Part shown: positions 30,497-41,244 of the stretch, piece after piece
Layout: each line of letters starts with the position of its first letter
Numbering within the stretch: position 1 is the stretch's first letter
Source of the DNA: a virus
Lineage: Duplodnaviria > Caudoviricetes
Length of the DNA stretch: 62,486 nucleotides
Virus record (IMG/VR): IMGVR_UViG_3300045741_000082
Location: 1 to 62,486 of that record
Direction: 5' to 3' (one strand)
Translations under genes and position numbers: made by a program
Notes under the pieces: generated by a model
What the model was told of the DNA's origin: nothing
What the model saw: only the letters and a program-made list of their open reading frames with translations
Databases searched by the model: none

Positions 30497-31084
30497 CTAC
30501 AAAATCTTATTGTATTTCTTCATATTGTCTTCTGCCCACAATGGTTGAAGGTTAGTATAATGGCAACACAATTTAAGATCTCTTTTATTAACTAAATTAA
30601 ATGAACTTAAAGGTTTTATATGATCTATATGCCATTTTCCATAGTTACTCCAAGACATACCTGATTGGAATTTAGATTCTAAGTATAATTTGAAGTTCTC
30701 TATTGAACATCCTAAATTATTAACAGCAGAGCCTTTTTTAGAACTATTTTTTAGGGCTTGTCTTAATCTAGATCTTAATATATGCTTTAAATAACTAAGT
30801 GTTCTATTTTTAATTTGTTTTTGTTCCCAAATTTTTCTTTTTTCTCTTATTTTATCTCTATTATTTCTATAATAAATCTTCTCACTGTTTTTTACTTTAC
30901 TCAGATTATCTAATCTATACTTTTTAGATCTAGAAATTTCTTTTTGTCTATTATCTTTATAATAGCTCTTCTTTTTTGTTAGAATTTTATTTCTATTTTT
31001 ATGGTGATATTCTTTATTATAACAGGTTTTACATTTTTTCTTACAAAAAATTGGTTTTAAACAAGAGCATATATTACTATCCAC
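30497..31084 (-). CDS. Free-standing HNH-type homing endonuclease (WHIDH family)
   Basis: LGCS...GMSWSNYGKWHIDHIKPL...HYTNLQPLWAEDN; likely GTG start at 31084 coupled to the upstream stop. Confidence 0.85.
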   Translation of the reverse strand: MDSNICSCLKPIFCKKKCKTCYNKEYHHKNRNKILTKKKSYYKDNRQKEISRSKKYRLDNLSKVKNSEKIYYRNNRDKIREKRKIWEQKQIKNRTLSYLKHILRSRLRQALKNSSKKGSAVNNLGCSIENFKLYLESKFQSGMSWSNYGKWHIDHIKPLSSFNLVNKRDLKLCCHYTNLQPLWAEDNMKKYNKIL

Positions 31085-31835
31085 GTCCCATTGGGATTCC
31101 TTGCATAACTCCTCTTCTTTTCTCAACTGCAAGAATTCTTTCATATTCATTTCTCCAAAAAAGTAGGTTCTGATCACTTACAGAACTTCCATCCTCTCCA
31201 CGACTAGCTAATAGGATAGTATATATAGTGTAGTAAACACAAAATAGTCTATTATTAGCAGTATTGCCTCTAACTTGACTAAGATTTAATTCTTCTCTTA
31301 GTCTGTGTGAAGCATCTCTTATATGATCTTCTATGATCAAATTTCTAGTCTCTATATCTTTTCTATAAGCTTCAGGAAGATAAGTATCAATATTAAATTT
31401 TTTCTTTCTTACGTCATCTACAGTTGCATAGGTAGAAGTTAATGTTCCGATCATCCCAGCCATAGGAATAACTGTAAACCATTCATCTCCAAAATTAAAT
31501 TGTTGTCCACCAAGAATTCCTTGATAACTTATGATATAATTATCTAATGGAGTCAGTCCAGCAGGTATGCTCCAAGTAAATTCGTACTCGAAATCTTGTC
31601 CTGGGACCAATGCTCCTGTTAAAGTAGCTATGGTCTCTGGAACTGGCGTATTTCCTGAATTCAAAAAGGCTGGTTGTAAAATCTTAGCATTTGGTACTGT
31701 TGCGGTATCGACCTGAGTAGGCCTACCGTCGTTAGTAAAAATTGTCTTAAATTTTACGGTCGTGCCTTTAACAAAGACATAGGAATCTTTTGGTTCAGTT
31801 CTTGTGCCTGCTACTGAACTTATAACTCTAGACAT
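31077..31835 (-). CDS. Head-tail adaptor with N-terminal Ig-like domain
   Basis: Beta-rich N-terminal half followed by YATVDDV, typical of gp15/gp36-type adaptors. Confidence 0.65.
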   Translation of the reverse strand: MSRVISSVAGTRTEPKDSYVFVKGTTVKFKTIFTNDGRPTQVDTATVPNAKILQPAFLNSGNTPVPETIATLTGALVPGQDFEYEFTWSIPAGLTPLDNYIISYQGILGGQQFNFGDEWFTVIPMAGMIGTLTSTYATVDDVRKKKFNIDTYLPEAYRKDIETRNLIIEDHIRDASHRLREELNLSQVRGNTANNRLFCVYYTIYTILLASRGEDGSSVSDQNLLFWRNEYERILAVEKRRGVMQGIPMGRG

Positions 31836-31838
31836 AGA

Positions 31839-32261
31839 TTACCTCTTCTTTTTTGGTTTATTCTTCTGTGGATATGATTTTTTATTTTTATCGTTAGACG
31901 ACCCTAGTTTTTCTAGAATCAAACTTACTATATCTTCTCCAGCTACTGTGCTAGCATTCTCTAATATAGACTTAAACTCTACCATTCCTACAACACCTGC
32001 AACTATTTTAGTTACGGGCAACAACCCATTTAAAATGTAGGTTTCTAACAAGAATCCACTAATCACAGTTAATTGATAAATTAACATCTTAGATATAGTT
32101 CTTCTCATTGCGGCGGAGTTTATATTTTCTCCTCTTTTAGAAGCTGCCCACATCCCAGTTATCATATCTATAAATACAAGTACGCCTACAGTAATTAACA
32201 CCATTTGTATTGGAGCCAAAGCTGCTACAGATGCTACTGCTAATCTTTTTACCCATTCCAT
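31839..32261 (-). CDS. Holin
   Basis: Hydrophobic helices; IDMITGMWAA, INSAAMRRTISK and EFKSILEN motifs; basic C-terminal tail. Confidence 0.85.
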   Translation of the reverse strand: MEWVKRLAVASVAALAPIQMVLITVGVLVFIDMITGMWAASKRGENINSAAMRRTISKMLIYQLTVISGFLLETYILNGLLPVTKIVAGVVGMVEFKSILENASTVAGEDIVSLILEKLGSSNDKNKKSYPQKNKPKKKR

Positions 32262-32394
32262 TTGTATTTCTCCAATAAAACCAGAATATACAACCCTATT
32301 ATAAGAGTCGTATTAATCCATAATAACCAGTTTATCCTCGGTTTTACTGGTAATTTATTCTTAGTATTTCTATCTAATCTTGCCATAAATATTC

Positions 32395-32883
32395 CTATAC
32401 TTTTGTCATCAAAAACGCATAAATATCTGAAGGATCTACTAAATTAGGATCTTTATCTGTCCATTTTCCATAAACTTCTGTTAGAATATCGTACATCCAC
32501 TCTGAACAAATTATGCCGCCTCTTATGGGGTTCTTTTTAATTTTTATTCCTATTTTAGACAGCACGTCAACCATAAATATGCCTAATAACTGAAAATAAC
32601 CATAATTAGCACCAGAATTATTGTGGCAGTTAGTGACTACTTCTAAAAATAACTCATCTGAAATTTGTAAAGGAAACTCTTTTACCACAGTACATTCGCT
32701 ATTAAATATATTCTCGCTCATGTATCCTAAGCCATGTCCTGTAGCTTGATGAATAGTTTGATCTTTATACCAAGGCTCTTGAAATTTGAGATATGTGTGG
32801 GAGAAAGGTTTTCTCATAAACCAAGAAATTAGTTTAGAACCTATTTTTCCGCTGCAAGAAAATCCTATGTATATTGTTTTCAT
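32395..32883 (-). CDS. Permuted papain-like (NlpC/P60, YiiX-like) protein
   Basis: PFSHTY (His) precedes ICSEW (Cys), with Y-x-Y in between. Confidence 0.7.
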   Translation of the reverse strand: MKTIYIGFSCSGKIGSKLISWFMRKPFSHTYLKFQEPWYKDQTIHQATGHGLGYMSENIFNSECTVVKEFPLQISDELFLEVVTNCHNNSGANYGYFQLLGIFMVDVLSKIGIKIKKNPIRGGIICSEWMYDILTEVYGKWTDKDPNLVDPSDIYAFLMTKV

Positions 32884-33308
32884 TAGTATAATGCCTTGTG
32901 TAACCTATAGTTTACTGCCACTTGAACATCCGTGTTCCCTACAGAGGCATAAATAACTCTAAGATACAAATTTGCTAGTATTTTTGCTGGATAGTATAAA
33001 TTTTCATCTAATTGCTGTTGAGCATCAGATCTCATGTACCAATCGGTTAAATAAGTCCCTAAAATCTTATTTTCTCCATATCCAAGTATGTTATCAATAT
33101 CTATCACTTGAAATGTAGCTTTATCGCCAAAAGTAGCGGCATCAGTTCTAAGTACACCTCCAGTAATAAAGCAGTCATCTGTCATCTTTAAATCTATACT
33201 AACCGTTGTTCCTGCTGGAACGGTCTGCATTTTTCCTCTTCCATTAGCGTTTACATTAGCTGAAGAGAATTGACTAATTTGAGTTAATTTAAGTTGAGAA
33301 TTTTGCAT
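32883..33308 (-). CDS. Hypothetical beta-sandwich virion protein
   Basis: 141 aa within the late operon. Confidence 0.6.
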   Translation of the reverse strand: MQNSQLKLTQISQFSSANVNANGRGKMQTVPAGTTVSIDLKMTDDCFITGGVLRTDAATFGDKATFQVIDIDNILGYGENKILGTYLTDWYMRSDAQQQLDENLYYPAKILANLYLRVIYASVGNTDVQVAVNYRLHKALY

Positions 33309-33309
33309 A

Positions 33310-36300
33310 TTATTCCTCAGTCCATTCTACTGATATGTTGAAGCTTCCACCAGTAATTGTTACTCCGTTTAAATTAACTGAAAGTACTTGAGATGTTCCT
33401 CTTAAAACGATTGCTTGAGAGTTTCTGACTCCAAAATCCGTTATAAATTCGTCTGAGTTTGCTACAGTAGATCCTACAAAAACTTTTCTTGCTTTCATGG
33501 TTCCTACCGTATTTCCTAATGTTGGATTTAGTGTGTAGGCTCTAATCGTGGCGCTTCCAGCAGCACTGTTTGAATCATGGGGTATTACTGTTGGTGATGT
33601 GCTTGTGCCTGATGAATTTGCTGTGCTTCTTTTAATTAAAGCCACGTCTATCTGTCCAGAGGTAGTTTGGGTTGCAGTGACAGTTATTCTTGATACTCTT
33701 ACGGTTTTGCTAGCAGAGCCTGTAATAGTGAATAAGTCTGTACATGACGCTACTGGAACTAATCCCACAATAGAAGCGGAGTATGTGGCTTTTAATCCGT
33801 CATTTAAAGATACTCCGAAATTTGGGCTTACCGCTACAACTAACGCTGGATCAGTAGTGGCTGGAGCAGTTGATGAAGCTTTTACAGCCGCTGTGTTGGT
33901 TCCGTCATTAATCTTAGTTGTCTGGGAACCAAGGGTAGTTTGGTTAGCAGAAGTTGCCGCACCTGTAGGTAACGGTAAAGAAGAAGCAGATACAGGCTGT
34001 GTAACTGCAGATCCGTCAACTTTTAAACTTCCAGAAGAGTTAATCTGCAAGTCTCCACGTTGACCAGTAGTAAATGTGGGGGCAGATGAATTGTATATTC
34101 CTCCAACTTTAACTGGAGCGCCTATATCAGTAGAGCCAGAAGGAACATTACCCATTGAAAGAGTGTAAGAGCCAGCATCTTTAGTATCAGCACTTAAATA
34201 GCATATATTTTGTCCAGAAGTAAAAGCACTTACTCTTACTCGTACAGCAAATGCTTGACTTGATGATCCAGATTGATCACCTAGAGAAACTATAAAAACA
34301 CCAGAAGTATTGGTCGATGTTCCAGCAGCACCAAGTTGAATGTTTCTAGTAAGATCAGTTGTGTAATTGCTAGTTACCCATGTTCCTCCATCACCAGACA
34401 CTTCAAATATTAATGTACCCACCAAAGGAGATCCTGTTGGTACAATAACTATTTTTACGCTGTTCATTCCAGCAACATTCATACTACCAGTAGCGTTTAG
34501 AGCATTCAAAGATCCAGCAGCATTCATTCCTTGAAAATTTACAAATGCTGCACCGACTTGATTTAATGCTAAGGGAAATGACTGTCCTTTAACAGCAGAA
34601 GGTGTAGTCCAATTTGAACCAGCGGCATAACCAACATAACCATTGGCTAAAGTTCTCATGTTACCGTTGGTATCTAAAGAGTATGGAGCTGTAGTTTGAT
34701 TTACATAAGTAGGCGCACCACTATTAACAGTTCCAAACGACATTACTCCTTTTGTAGTTCCAGAAACATAAGTGTCGCCTTGAACATGTTGCTCATTCCC
34801 ACCAAATGACGTAATTTGATTACCTGAACTATCATAAATTGCAACGTCGAGAACTTGATGATTTGCTCCGCTAGCAGTTGAAGTTACATCAGACGCCGTT
34901 GTAGTACCTTTAGCTCCACCACGAACCACTGACTTTTGTGTTCCATCTGTAAGTGAAGTTAATTTTGTATCGATACTAGATAAAGAAGTATTTCCTGTAG
35001 TCTGAAGAGCTGAAGTTGCTGCACCTGTTGGGAGAGAAACTGTACCGCTTATATTATTGATGTTCCATGTTCCGCTTTGTGAAACTGGAATTGCACTCTG
35101 ATCAGTAGGCAGTACGACTCTTAATGTTTGGGCAGTTGTTATTCCACTATTAAAATCTGCTACACCAGATGTGTTACCTATTTGAGAAGCAGTTCTCAAA
35201 GCACCAGTGGCAATACCATAATTATTGTTTAATTTTCCATCAATAGATGAAAGAGAGGTGTTTCCTGTAGTCTGAAGAGCTGAAGTTGAAGCTCCAGTAG
35301 GTAAACTAACTGTCCCAGAAATATTATTAATGTTAAGCTTACCAGTAGTATCAACTGAGATTGATTGGATATTAGTCCCATCATCTCCCATCATTAAATT
35401 ACCAGTAGCTGTTCCACGAGCAGCTCCATCAGCATACTGCTGACCGCCAGTTGATCCACCAGTTACGTTTACGTTTAATGAACCGCTAGTAGAAGTAATT
35501 GATGTACCAGAACCATCTTGCATCTTAGCAACTGTTCTTAAATCACCTGCAGTAGTTGTAGATAAAGGATTCGACGTTGCAGTAGTGTATGTTGGTGCAG
35601 CAGAAGTTGTAGCAGATAATATTAAATTACCTTTTTGTCCAGCAGTAGTTGAAGCTTGAGCTAAAGATAAATTATCTGTATTAGTCTTAATAGAGGCTAA
35701 GTTACCACCAGATTCAAGAGCGAGGAGGCTAGTATTGAGGTTTGTACCAGCATTTGCTGTTACTTGACCTATGGAGTTAGTTCCAGTTGGAAGTGCAGCA
35801 ACAATACGACTCACATCTACTAACAAACCGTTGGCAATCGATCCACGAGCACGATCCCAAGTAGTACCATTAAAACTATATAATTCTGATGCTGCTTTAA
35901 TTAATCCACTTGATCCTGTAGGGACAGTATCGGCATTATCTGCGTAAGGACCAATTACAGTACCGTTTATTCTTAATTCACCGACGGTAGTTAAACTAAG
36001 AGGACTAGTTTGGCCGCTGGTATAGATAGGAAAGCCTGTAGTTACCGCACCCTGCATCAAGGTTCCAGTTTGGCCAGCGGTTGTTGATGCTTGAGCTACG
36101 GCTGTAGCAGGAGAAATTTCTGTACCAGAAGAATCTCTTAAGTTAACATGCAGTCCACGTTGAGCCGTTAAGCGCAAAGCGCCAGTCGTACCTGCAGTCA
36201 AGGCTGGAGAGGTGTCTTGGTATACGCCGCCAACAGGTTGCTCAACGCTTGTGCCGTAAGTAAATGCAGATTTATCTGCGATACCTGTTTCAATTTGTAT

Positions 36301-38817
36301 CGAGTCGCCTTTAATATTTACATCAAGTGCTCCACCAGTAGAAGTGATCGCATTACCTGAGCCATCTTGATTCCTTACAGACCAGGTTCCAGATTGAGAG
36401 GCTGGAATAGCTGTTTGATCGGTTGGCAATACAACTCTTAGAGTCTGTGCATTAGTGGTTCCAGCATTAAAAGATGCTGCACCAGTAGCATTACCTATTT
36501 GTGCTGCTGTTCTGAGTGTATTAGTACCAACAGTACCATAATTGTTGTCATTAGATAAAGTTGCAGAAGTAGTAGTTATTAATCTACCACTTGAATCCAA
36601 CTGCAAAGAAGATTTCTGGCCATTTGTTAGTGTAGGTAAAGCAGTAGTATACACTCCTCCAACATTCCAGTTGTCTGCACTAGACTGTTTTACATATACA
36701 TAACTTTGAATACCAGTAATTAAAGAGGCATCTTCTACAGCAGACATATTTATAGTTGCTGAACCAGAAGTTATTGTATTAGCTCTAAGCCTTACTTCAG
36801 TAAATCCAGCTACGTTAGCTTGATATAAAGCATTGGTATCTAGAGGTGAATAGTTTTGTCCATCAGCTAAGAAAATATTTATGGCAGAAAAAGGTTCCCA
36901 TGTTCCACTATTTATTCTACCTTCCATTTGAATGTAGCCAGTCCAAGTACCAGTAACATCTATTAATAGAGTACTTTTACCATTAGTATTTAATACTAAA
37001 GTTCCAGAACCAGTTAAGCTCCCAGAAGTTGTTACTGCACTGCTTGACACTGTTAATGATGGTTGATCAGTAGGCAAAACTACTCTTAAAGTTTGTCCAG
37101 TAGTTACTCCAGATCCAAAATCCGCTGATCCAGATGCATTTCCCAATTGGGCAGCAGTTCTTAAAGCAGATGTTGCTGCACCAAAGTTATCTGCTAACTT
37201 CCCATCGATTGACGATAAAGAAGTATTTCCAGTCGTTTGTAGGGCAGAGGTTGAAGCTCCAGTAGGTAACGCAATTGTTCCAGATATGTTGTTTATGTTC
37301 CAAGTTCCAGATTGAGAAGCAGGGATTGCTGTTTGGTCTGTAGGAAGAACTACACGAAGAGTTTGAGAACTAGTAGTACCTGCACCAAATGAAGCTGCGC
37401 CTGTAGCGTTTCCTATCTGTGCCGCAGTTCTTAAAGTATTAACTCCAACAGTACCATAGTTATTATCATTAGATAGGATAGCTGATGTGGTTGTGATTAA
37501 ACGTCCACTAGAGTCAAGTTGTAATGCTGCTTGTTGGCCATTTGTTAAAGATGGTGCTAACGTGTTATATACACCTCCAGCTAAATCTGACTTAGAGGCT
37601 GCAGTACCTGCTCCAACAGAGCCTTGGGTATTTTTTACTGTATTATCTAAAGCTAAACCAGTTGTATTAGTAATTATAGAAGATAAACTACTGTTTGTAG
37701 TAGTTAATTTAGTATCTATACTTGATAGAGATGATATTTCTGTAGCTTGATTAGCGGCTGTTGCTGCTCCAGTAGGTAATGGTAAACTGGTAGCTGAAAC
37801 TGGTTGAGTAACAGCAGAACCATCAACTTTAATTCCATTAGCTGTAGTAGTAACTTTTGTGTTCAAAGCACTTAGAGTGGCTTCTGTAGCTACTCCTGCT
37901 ATAGTGCCTAGGTTAGCTGTTACAGTTCCAGATACTGGTACTGGAGTGGCCCTTAGTTGAGTGTCTGTTAACGGTCCAGTTACTGCTATTGGAGAGGTGA
38001 GTTTACTATCTATAGAAGCTAAACTAGAATTTGCAGTTATTTGATTTGCTGATGTAGCTAAACCAGTAGTGTTGGTAATCAATGTACCTAGATCTGTAAT
38101 CATAGTAGATTGATTTGACGCCGTAGCTGCATTTGTGGGCAAAGGAACTGTACCAACTATAGTAGTTTGTTGAGTTCCATTTGTTTGATTAGCTAAAATA
38201 GAGGATAGATCACTGTTAGTTGTAGTTAGCTTAGAATCAATACTAGATAGTGAGCTATTTGCTGTAGTTTGGTTTGCAGACGTTGCTGGTGATATTTCTG
38301 CACCAGAAGAGTCCCTTAAATTAACATGCAATCCACGATATTCAGTGAGTCTTAATGCTCCTGTAGTTCCTGGTGCTAAGTTCGGGGAGGTATCTTGATA
38401 TACTCCGCCGACAGGTTGTTGTACTCCAGCTCCATATGAAAAGCTAGACTCGTCAACTACTCCTGTGTCTATTTGAATAGAATCGCTCTTTATGTTAACG
38501 TCTAATGCTCCTCCAGTTGAGGTAATAGAATTACCAGAACCATCTTGCATTTTGGCCGCAGTTCTAAGATCTCCAGTTGTATTAAGAGATAAAGGGTCTG
38601 TTTGACCATTGACGTATGTTGGGGCTGAAGTTGTTACCGCACCTTGTACTAGTAATCCAGTTTGTCCAGAAGTGCTTGATCCTTGAGGAACTCCTACTGT
38701 GACTGGTGTTCCAGGACTTATTGCCACAACTAAAGCTGGATCTGTAGCTACGGCTGGAGTTGATGGTTGTTTAACCACCGCCAGTGTTGTATCTACTCCT
38801 GATTGAATAATTGCCAT
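33310..38817 (-). CDS. Large repetitive fibre or head-decoration protein
   Basis: 1835 aa, T/S/G/A-rich; shuffled repeats LPTGAATSAxQ, TLRVVLPTDQ and LQLDSSGRL. Confidence 0.7.
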   Translation of the reverse strand: MAIIQSGVDTTLAVVKQPSTPAVATDPALVVAISPGTPVTVGVPQGSSTSGQTGLLVQGAVTTSAPTYVNGQTDPLSLNTTGDLRTAAKMQDGSGNSITSTGGALDVNIKSDSIQIDTGVVDESSFSYGAGVQQPVGGVYQDTSPNLAPGTTGALRLTEYRGLHVNLRDSSGAEISPATSANQTTANSSLSSIDSKLTTTNSDLSSILANQTNGTQQTTIVGTVPLPTNAATASNQSTMITDLGTLITNTTGLATSANQITANSSLASIDSKLTSPIAVTGPLTDTQLRATPVPVSGTVTANLGTIAGVATEATLSALNTKVTTTANGIKVDGSAVTQPVSATSLPLPTGAATAANQATEISSLSSIDTKLTTTNSSLSSIITNTTGLALDNTVKNTQGSVGAGTAASKSDLAGGVYNTLAPSLTNGQQAALQLDSSGRLITTTSAILSNDNNYGTVGVNTLRTAAQIGNATGAASFGAGTTSSQTLRVVLPTDQTAIPASQSGTWNINNISGTIALPTGASTSALQTTGNTSLSSIDGKLADNFGAATSALRTAAQLGNASGSADFGSGVTTGQTLRVVLPTDQPSLTVSSSAVTTSGSLTGSGTLVLNTNGKSTLLIDVTGTWTGYIQMEGRINSGTWEPFSAINIFLADGQNYSPLDTNALYQANVAGFTEVRLRANTITSGSATINMSAVEDASLITGIQSYVYVKQSSADNWNVGGVYTTALPTLTNGQKSSLQLDSSGRLITTTSATLSNDNNYGTVGTNTLRTAAQIGNATGAASFNAGTTNAQTLRVVLPTDQTAIPASQSGTWSVRNQDGSGNAITSTGGALDVNIKGDSIQIETGIADKSAFTYGTSVEQPVGGVYQDTSPALTAGTTGALRLTAQRGLHVNLRDSSGTEISPATAVAQASTTAGQTGTLMQGAVTTGFPIYTSGQTSPLSLTTVGELRINGTVIGPYADNADTVPTGSSGLIKAASELYSFNGTTWDRARGSIANGLLVDVSRIVAALPTGTNSIGQVTANAGTNLNTSLLALESGGNLASIKTNTDNLSLAQASTTAGQKGNLILSATTSAAPTYTTATSNPLSTTTAGDLRTVAKMQDGSGTSITSTSGSLNVNVTGGSTGGQQYADGAARGTATGNLMMGDDGTNIQSISVDTTGKLNINNISGTVSLPTGASTSALQTTGNTSLSSIDGKLNNNYGIATGALRTASQIGNTSGVADFNSGITTAQTLRVVLPTDQSAIPVSQSGTWNINNISGTVSLPTGAATSALQTTGNTSLSSIDTKLTSLTDGTQKSVVRGGAKGTTTASDVTSTASGANHQVLDVAIYDSSGNQITSFGGNEQHVQGDTYVSGTTKGVMSFGTVNSGAPTYVNQTTAPYSLDTNGNMRTLANGYVGYAAGSNWTTPSAVKGQSFPLALNQVGAAFVNFQGMNAAGSLNALNATGSMNVAGMNSVKIVIVPTGSPLVGTLIFEVSGDGGTWVTSNYTTDLTRNIQLGAAGTSTNTSGVFIVSLGDQSGSSSQAFAVRVRVSAFTSGQNICYLSADTKDAGSYTLSMGNVPSGSTDIGAPVKVGGIYNSSAPTFTTGQRGDLQINSSGSLKVDGSAVTQPVSASSLPLPTGAATSANQTTLGSQTTKINDGTNTAAVKASSTAPATTDPALVVAVSPNFGVSLNDGLKATYSASIVGLVPVASCTDLFTITGSASKTVRVSRITVTATQTTSGQIDVALIKRSTANSSGTSTSPTVIPHDSNSAAGSATIRAYTLNPTLGNTVGTMKARKVFVGSTVANSDEFITDFGVRNSQAIVLRGTSQVLSVNLNGVTITGGSFNISVEWTEE

Positions 38818-38828
38818 GTAACTCTCCT

Positions 38829-39167
38829 CTATTGACCTATAAAATAATTAAACTTAAGATATCCAGAAATTGGGCCATTAAATGGTTGACATACCCAATA
38901 TGCTTGTATAGTAGTTGGATTTAAAACTATTGCTGTAACTGTAACTTGATCCATTTCGGCTTCATCCATTAACGTCCCTTTACCAGTATATGGACCTACA
39001 GCTTGCTGTATCATAACTGGTTTTCCAGGAACTAAATCTGTTCCACTTATCTGGAAGTGTCCAGAATATTGAGCAGGTTCCACACACACTAGAATTTCTA
39101 CCGTAGTTATTGGTATATTCTCTGCATCTGGTATATCTGATATTGGTGGAATTGGTATTCTAGCCAT
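38829..39167 (-). CDS. Hypothetical virion protein
   Basis: Likely start MARIPIPP at 39167, coupled to the upstream stop (TAATG). Confidence 0.6.
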   Translation of the reverse strand: MARIPIPPISDIPDAENIPITTVEILVCVEPAQYSGHFQISGTDLVPGKPVMIQQAVGPYTGKGTLMDEAEMDQVTVTAIVLNPTTIQAYWVCQPFNGPISGYLKFNYFIGQ

Positions 39168-40057
39168 TATGGAATCTCCCACAATATAACTTCATAATTA
39201 GTACCATTATTATTGGTATCTACTTTAAATGTATTAAAAACTCCAGCAAAATACCTAGAACTTCCACGAGGTATAGTAGTTTTCTTAGTGCCGCCATCTA
39301 TAGTAACATAAAGTACATCTGATGGATCATTCTGATTAGCTCCTCTATGAGGATTAAAAATAAATGCTAATTGAATTTTATTAGTTAAACTCAATGTATC
39401 TGGAGATCCTGCCGTAGCTACAGCACTTTCAAAATGAGTAGGAACTATATCTGGATCTGCATTAATAACTGGAAGAGGATTATTATTATCTATAGCTTTT
39501 CCATCACTATTATGAAGAGCTACATCTAACGCATGAACGTCATTGTCAGTTACAGAAGTTATCCTATTAGTTTGATTTGAATCAACTGGAGATGTACTTC
39601 TTGTGCTTCCTACTATTCCTATATTATCTGGTTTGGGATTTGTTGTGCCGTTGTAAACCCCATCAATATTAATTTGATCTACGTTTACATTTAGTGACCC
39701 ATTTGGATTTACAACTACTGTGTTGGTTCCATCACTTATTGCTATATTGTCACCATCAGCAGCATCTGACTCTATGTTTACATCTAAGGAGCCATCTGCA
39801 TTAACTTTCATCTTATTGCCAGTTGTGGCATCTACAAGATGAACAGAGTCTCCATTAGGATCTACTCCATTTAAATCTACATTTACTTCCCCTATAGTTG
39901 CAGAAACTTGTGCGTCTACAGCTAATCTTCTTACGCCATTTACATCTTCTATACAATCTATGGGATCACCAGTATGGTGACATACTAATGTGACTCCTTG
40001 AGTAACCCCTTTAGGATTAAACTGTGATCCAGATGATCTATGTGATTTTGTTCCCAT
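39167..40057 (-). CDS. Virion fibre or decoration-like protein
   Basis: VNADGSLDVN and VNPNGSLNVN repeats resemble those in 33310-38817. Confidence 0.6.
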   Translation of the reverse strand: MGTKSHRSSGSQFNPKGVTQGVTLVCHHTGDPIDCIEDVNGVRRLAVDAQVSATIGEVNVDLNGVDPNGDSVHLVDATTGNKMKVNADGSLDVNIESDAADGDNIAISDGTNTVVVNPNGSLNVNVDQINIDGVYNGTTNPKPDNIGIVGSTRSTSPVDSNQTNRITSVTDNDVHALDVALHNSDGKAIDNNNPLPVINADPDIVPTHFESAVATAGSPDTLSLTNKIQLAFIFNPHRGANQNDPSDVLYVTIDGGTKKTTIPRGSSRYFAGVFNTFKVDTNNNGTNYEVILWEIP

Positions 40058-40194
40058 AAACTAAGTCCCAAGTGCTATTACTAGCATATAAAATACTACT
40101 ATAGAAAAAATAAAAAAAAGCCCCATTTTAAGTTTAACTTTGTGATCTTTTTTACCACCTTGTATTAACCTAAGTTTTGGAGCTTGTTTATTCA

Positions 40195-40770
40195 TTAGAA
40201 TTTACCTTCTTTTTTTAATTTGGCTAGTTCTGCAGATACTTTTTGTTTCATTTCCCATTTTTCTTTTTTTGGTATAAATCTAGGAACATCTATTCCTAAT
40301 TCTAGAAGTTTGGGTTCTTCTAAAATGTGCCTCAAACAATACCCACTAGGGCTGTGCTCTAAAGCTTTTTCTTTGCAGAGATCGTTTCTTACAGTATTAT
40401 AGCTACACAATTTTTGTTCAACTATGTGCTTTATTTCTTCTTGAACTTTCTTTTCTTCCTTTTCCTTATGAAGTTCTTTTTCTAATTCTTTCATATAGTG
40501 AGTATATACTTCTACTCCATATACTATTTTAACATCATTGGGTTTAGTTATAAAAGATAGTTTTCTGAGAAATGTCAAAGGATATTCTTCCGATGCCTTT
40601 AATACTGGTATTCTTTTTAAATCCTTGTAAGTTTTGCTATTTTTTTCTACTACAGCATAACTGTTTCTAAATTTTATTCCGTTAATTGTGTAATTAACTC
40701 CACGAAGTGTGTGTTTTAATACTACAAAATCTCTGTCTCTACCAGATGATACTGTTGTCCAAACGCTCAT
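40195..40770 (-). CDS. Hypothetical protein with a Cys/His (C...C...CxxH) motif
   Basis: 191 aa with AGGAG SD, downstream of the capsid gene. Confidence 0.7.
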   Translation of the reverse strand: MSVWTTVSSGRDRDFVVLKHTLRGVNYTINGIKFRNSYAVVEKNSKTYKDLKRIPVLKASEEYPLTFLRKLSFITKPNDVKIVYGVEVYTHYMKELEKELHKEKEEKKVQEEIKHIVEQKLCSYNTVRNDLCKEKALEHSPSGYCLRHILEEPKLLELGIDVPRFIPKKEKWEMKQKVSAELAKLKKEGKF

Positions 40771-40771
40771 T

Positions 40772-41188
40772 TTAATCTCCTTTTAGCTCTTCTAAAATAG
40801 ATTCTATTCTATTATTAGTAATATTCTGTAAATATTCTCTATTTAATTTTTTTATGTCGGCTAATTTATGATGATTAGGACATAAAACTATTGCATTTTG
40901 TAATGTATTTTCTCCACCTTCCATAAATGGGATTATATGATGCACATCACAGGAAGCCTCTTGCCACCCACATAACATACATTTATTAGAAAATGTTTCT
41001 TTGACAGACAAAGACCAATTAGTACGATCTTTATAGTTAAAAGTAAAATTGCCTAATTTAAAATTGTTATTTTTCTTATATGTTTTATTAGTTTTTCTAT
41101 ATGAGGTATAATGAGTATTGCAAAACCCTTTAGCATGATGCTTATTTTTACACTCTTTATGATTGCAATGATCCTGAATAAATCTCAT
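40772..41188 (-). CDS. HNH endonuclease
   Basis: CMLCG...DVHHIIP...GGEN...NAIVLCPNHH plus N-terminal CxxxxC...AKGFCNTHY. Confidence 0.9.
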   Translation of the reverse strand: MRFIQDHCNHKECKNKHHAKGFCNTHYTSYRKTNKTYKKNNNFKLGNFTFNYKDRTNWSLSVKETFSNKCMLCGWQEASCDVHHIIPFMEGGENTLQNAIVLCPNHHKLADIKKLNREYLQNITNNRIESILEELKGD

Positions 41189-41200
41189 ATAAATCCTATA

Positions 41201-41234
41201 AAAAATAGTGGGGGGGTCTTTCGACCTCCCACTA
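41201..41234 (-). terminator. Intrinsic terminator after the major capsid gene
   Basis: TAGTGGGAGGTC-GAAA-GACCCCCCACTA followed by TTTTT. Confidence 0.9.
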
Positions 41235-41244
41235 AGTATTAAAA

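Noticed and set aside
3694-37750. Many plus-strand ORFs in the track (e.g. 21719-22567, 33548-34063, 17577-17966)
   Set aside because: They are antisense shadows of well-supported minus-strand structural genes, with no SD or recognisable motifs.
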